A stretch of 63,027 bases of DNA, filler included, from Sphacelaria rigidula (Eukaryota): assembly GCA_964200075.2 (NCBI GenBank). It is 10 parts of 10 records of this genome, joined end to end, with 100 filler letters (N's around TTAATTAATTAA, not from the genome) between each part and the next. Parts side by side here need not be neighbours in the genome. Positions count along the whole stretch, not along the records: positions 56,816 to 63,027 come from CAXNAA020021477.1; 9 more parts are not named here. The stretch is one strand, 5' to 3'. Shown here piece after piece: positions 62,165 to 63,027 of the stretch. The notes beneath the pieces were generated by a model. The model had not been told where the DNA came from, searched no databases, and saw only the letters and a list, made by a program, of their open reading frames with translations. Position 1 is the stretch's first letter, and each line of letters starts with the position of its first letter. Made by a program: the position numbers and the translations under genes.

Positions 62165-63027
62165 ATGGGGCAGCACGGAGAAATGTTTCAGACATGTAGC
62201 CCCCCCCCAAACACTGTTATTGGGATGCACACATGAACAAAGTAATAGAAAAGGGCAAGGCACATATAGGAAGGATGGACGTAATCCTTAGAGATTCGCA
62301 CATAAGCACTAGGGTCAAGAGATGTATCCTGATGAACGTGATCGTCCCACAGCTGGAATATGCAGGAGAAGTATGAGAGGGGATCGTGAAATTGGTGAAG
62401 AAGTTAGAATCAGTACAGATGGCAGCAGCTAAGAAGATACTTGGATGCTGGAAAACGACGAGTAATACCGCACTGAGAGGAGAGTTGGGAATGTACTCAC
62501 TCAAAACAGAGACATGATGAAATTGAGATGGCAATATAGCGTAAAGAACATGCAAAGAAAGAGATTGCCAGCTATAGTTGATGAGGCTGTATGGAAGAAA
62601 AGTAAGAAAGGGTATGCTATAAGAAGGTGGGATAGAAAAGTCGAGGAAGTGTCGAAGGAGATAGGAGGAAGCCCAGACGAAATACTGTCCATGGGTGAAG
62701 GCGCGGGGTACAAGACAAAAGTAAGGGACATGATAAAAAAAAAAGGGAAAACGGAGCGCTCAGACGCAGAGTAGACGAGGAAGAACATCTGGAGATATAC
62801 GGGTGGTTGAGAGAGGGGATCGGAATGAAAGCCTATCTGCATGGCCCCATCGACGCGGCGAGAAAATTGAAACCGCGATTTCGGGTGGGGGACCTGGACC
62901 TGCCAAAAAGAAGGAGATATACCAGTAGTCGAAAGGAGGAGCAACTAGATGGGCAGAATTGCCTCTGTGGCTAAGCAATAGAGAGCAAAAGTCATATAGT
63001 GGCAGAGTGTGAACTGTACAAGGAGGA
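62165..63027 (+). mobile_element. Decayed non-LTR retrotransposon (LINE) ORF2 C-terminal region
   Basis: WDAHMNKVIEKG..ILRDSH..ILMNVIVPQLEYAGEV*..LESVQ.AAAKKILG...SNTALRGELG (RT thumb), ...LRWQY..RLP..., and a C-terminal C.CG...ES..HIVAEC Cys/His motif. In-frame stops and frameshifts are present. The element is truncated by the contig end. Confidence 0.9.

Overview
Eukaryotic nuclear DNA, most likely from a brown alga or another stramenopile. This is inferred from intron-rich genes with short GT-AG exons, an enolase with a mitochondrial-type presequence, flagellar CFAP61, and stramenopile-style ankyrin repeats and LINE. The window is not one locus. It is ten unrelated contigs (seven of 6213 bp, then three of 6212 bp, size-sorted) joined by artificial 100-bp linkers (44 N + TTAATTAATTAA + 44 N), so neighbourhood is meaningful only within a contig. 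By reading splice sites manually I reconstructed phase-consistent partial genes. These are a G-protein alpha subunit, a MacroD-type macrodomain protein head-to-head with a possible flavin-reductase-like gene, a PKG-like kinase whose kinase-proximal cyclic-nucleotide-binding domain is degenerate, a mitochondrion-targeted enolase head-to-head with CFAP61, a Dbl-homology RhoGEF, an unassigned polytopic membrane protein and an ankyrin exon. The CFAP61 gene splices in frame into an adenylate-kinase-like P-loop. The rest is transposon-rich: tRNA-derived SINEs, MITEs of piggyBac, Tc1/mariner, PIF/Harbinger and probably Sola type, a chain of piggyBac-like minis, a SINE-MITE chimeric tandem array, a non-autonomous LTR element with an unusually long tRNA-complementary PBS, and decayed Gypsy and LINE remnants. 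Most ORFs in the supplied track are spurious. No CRISPR array or rRNA was found.
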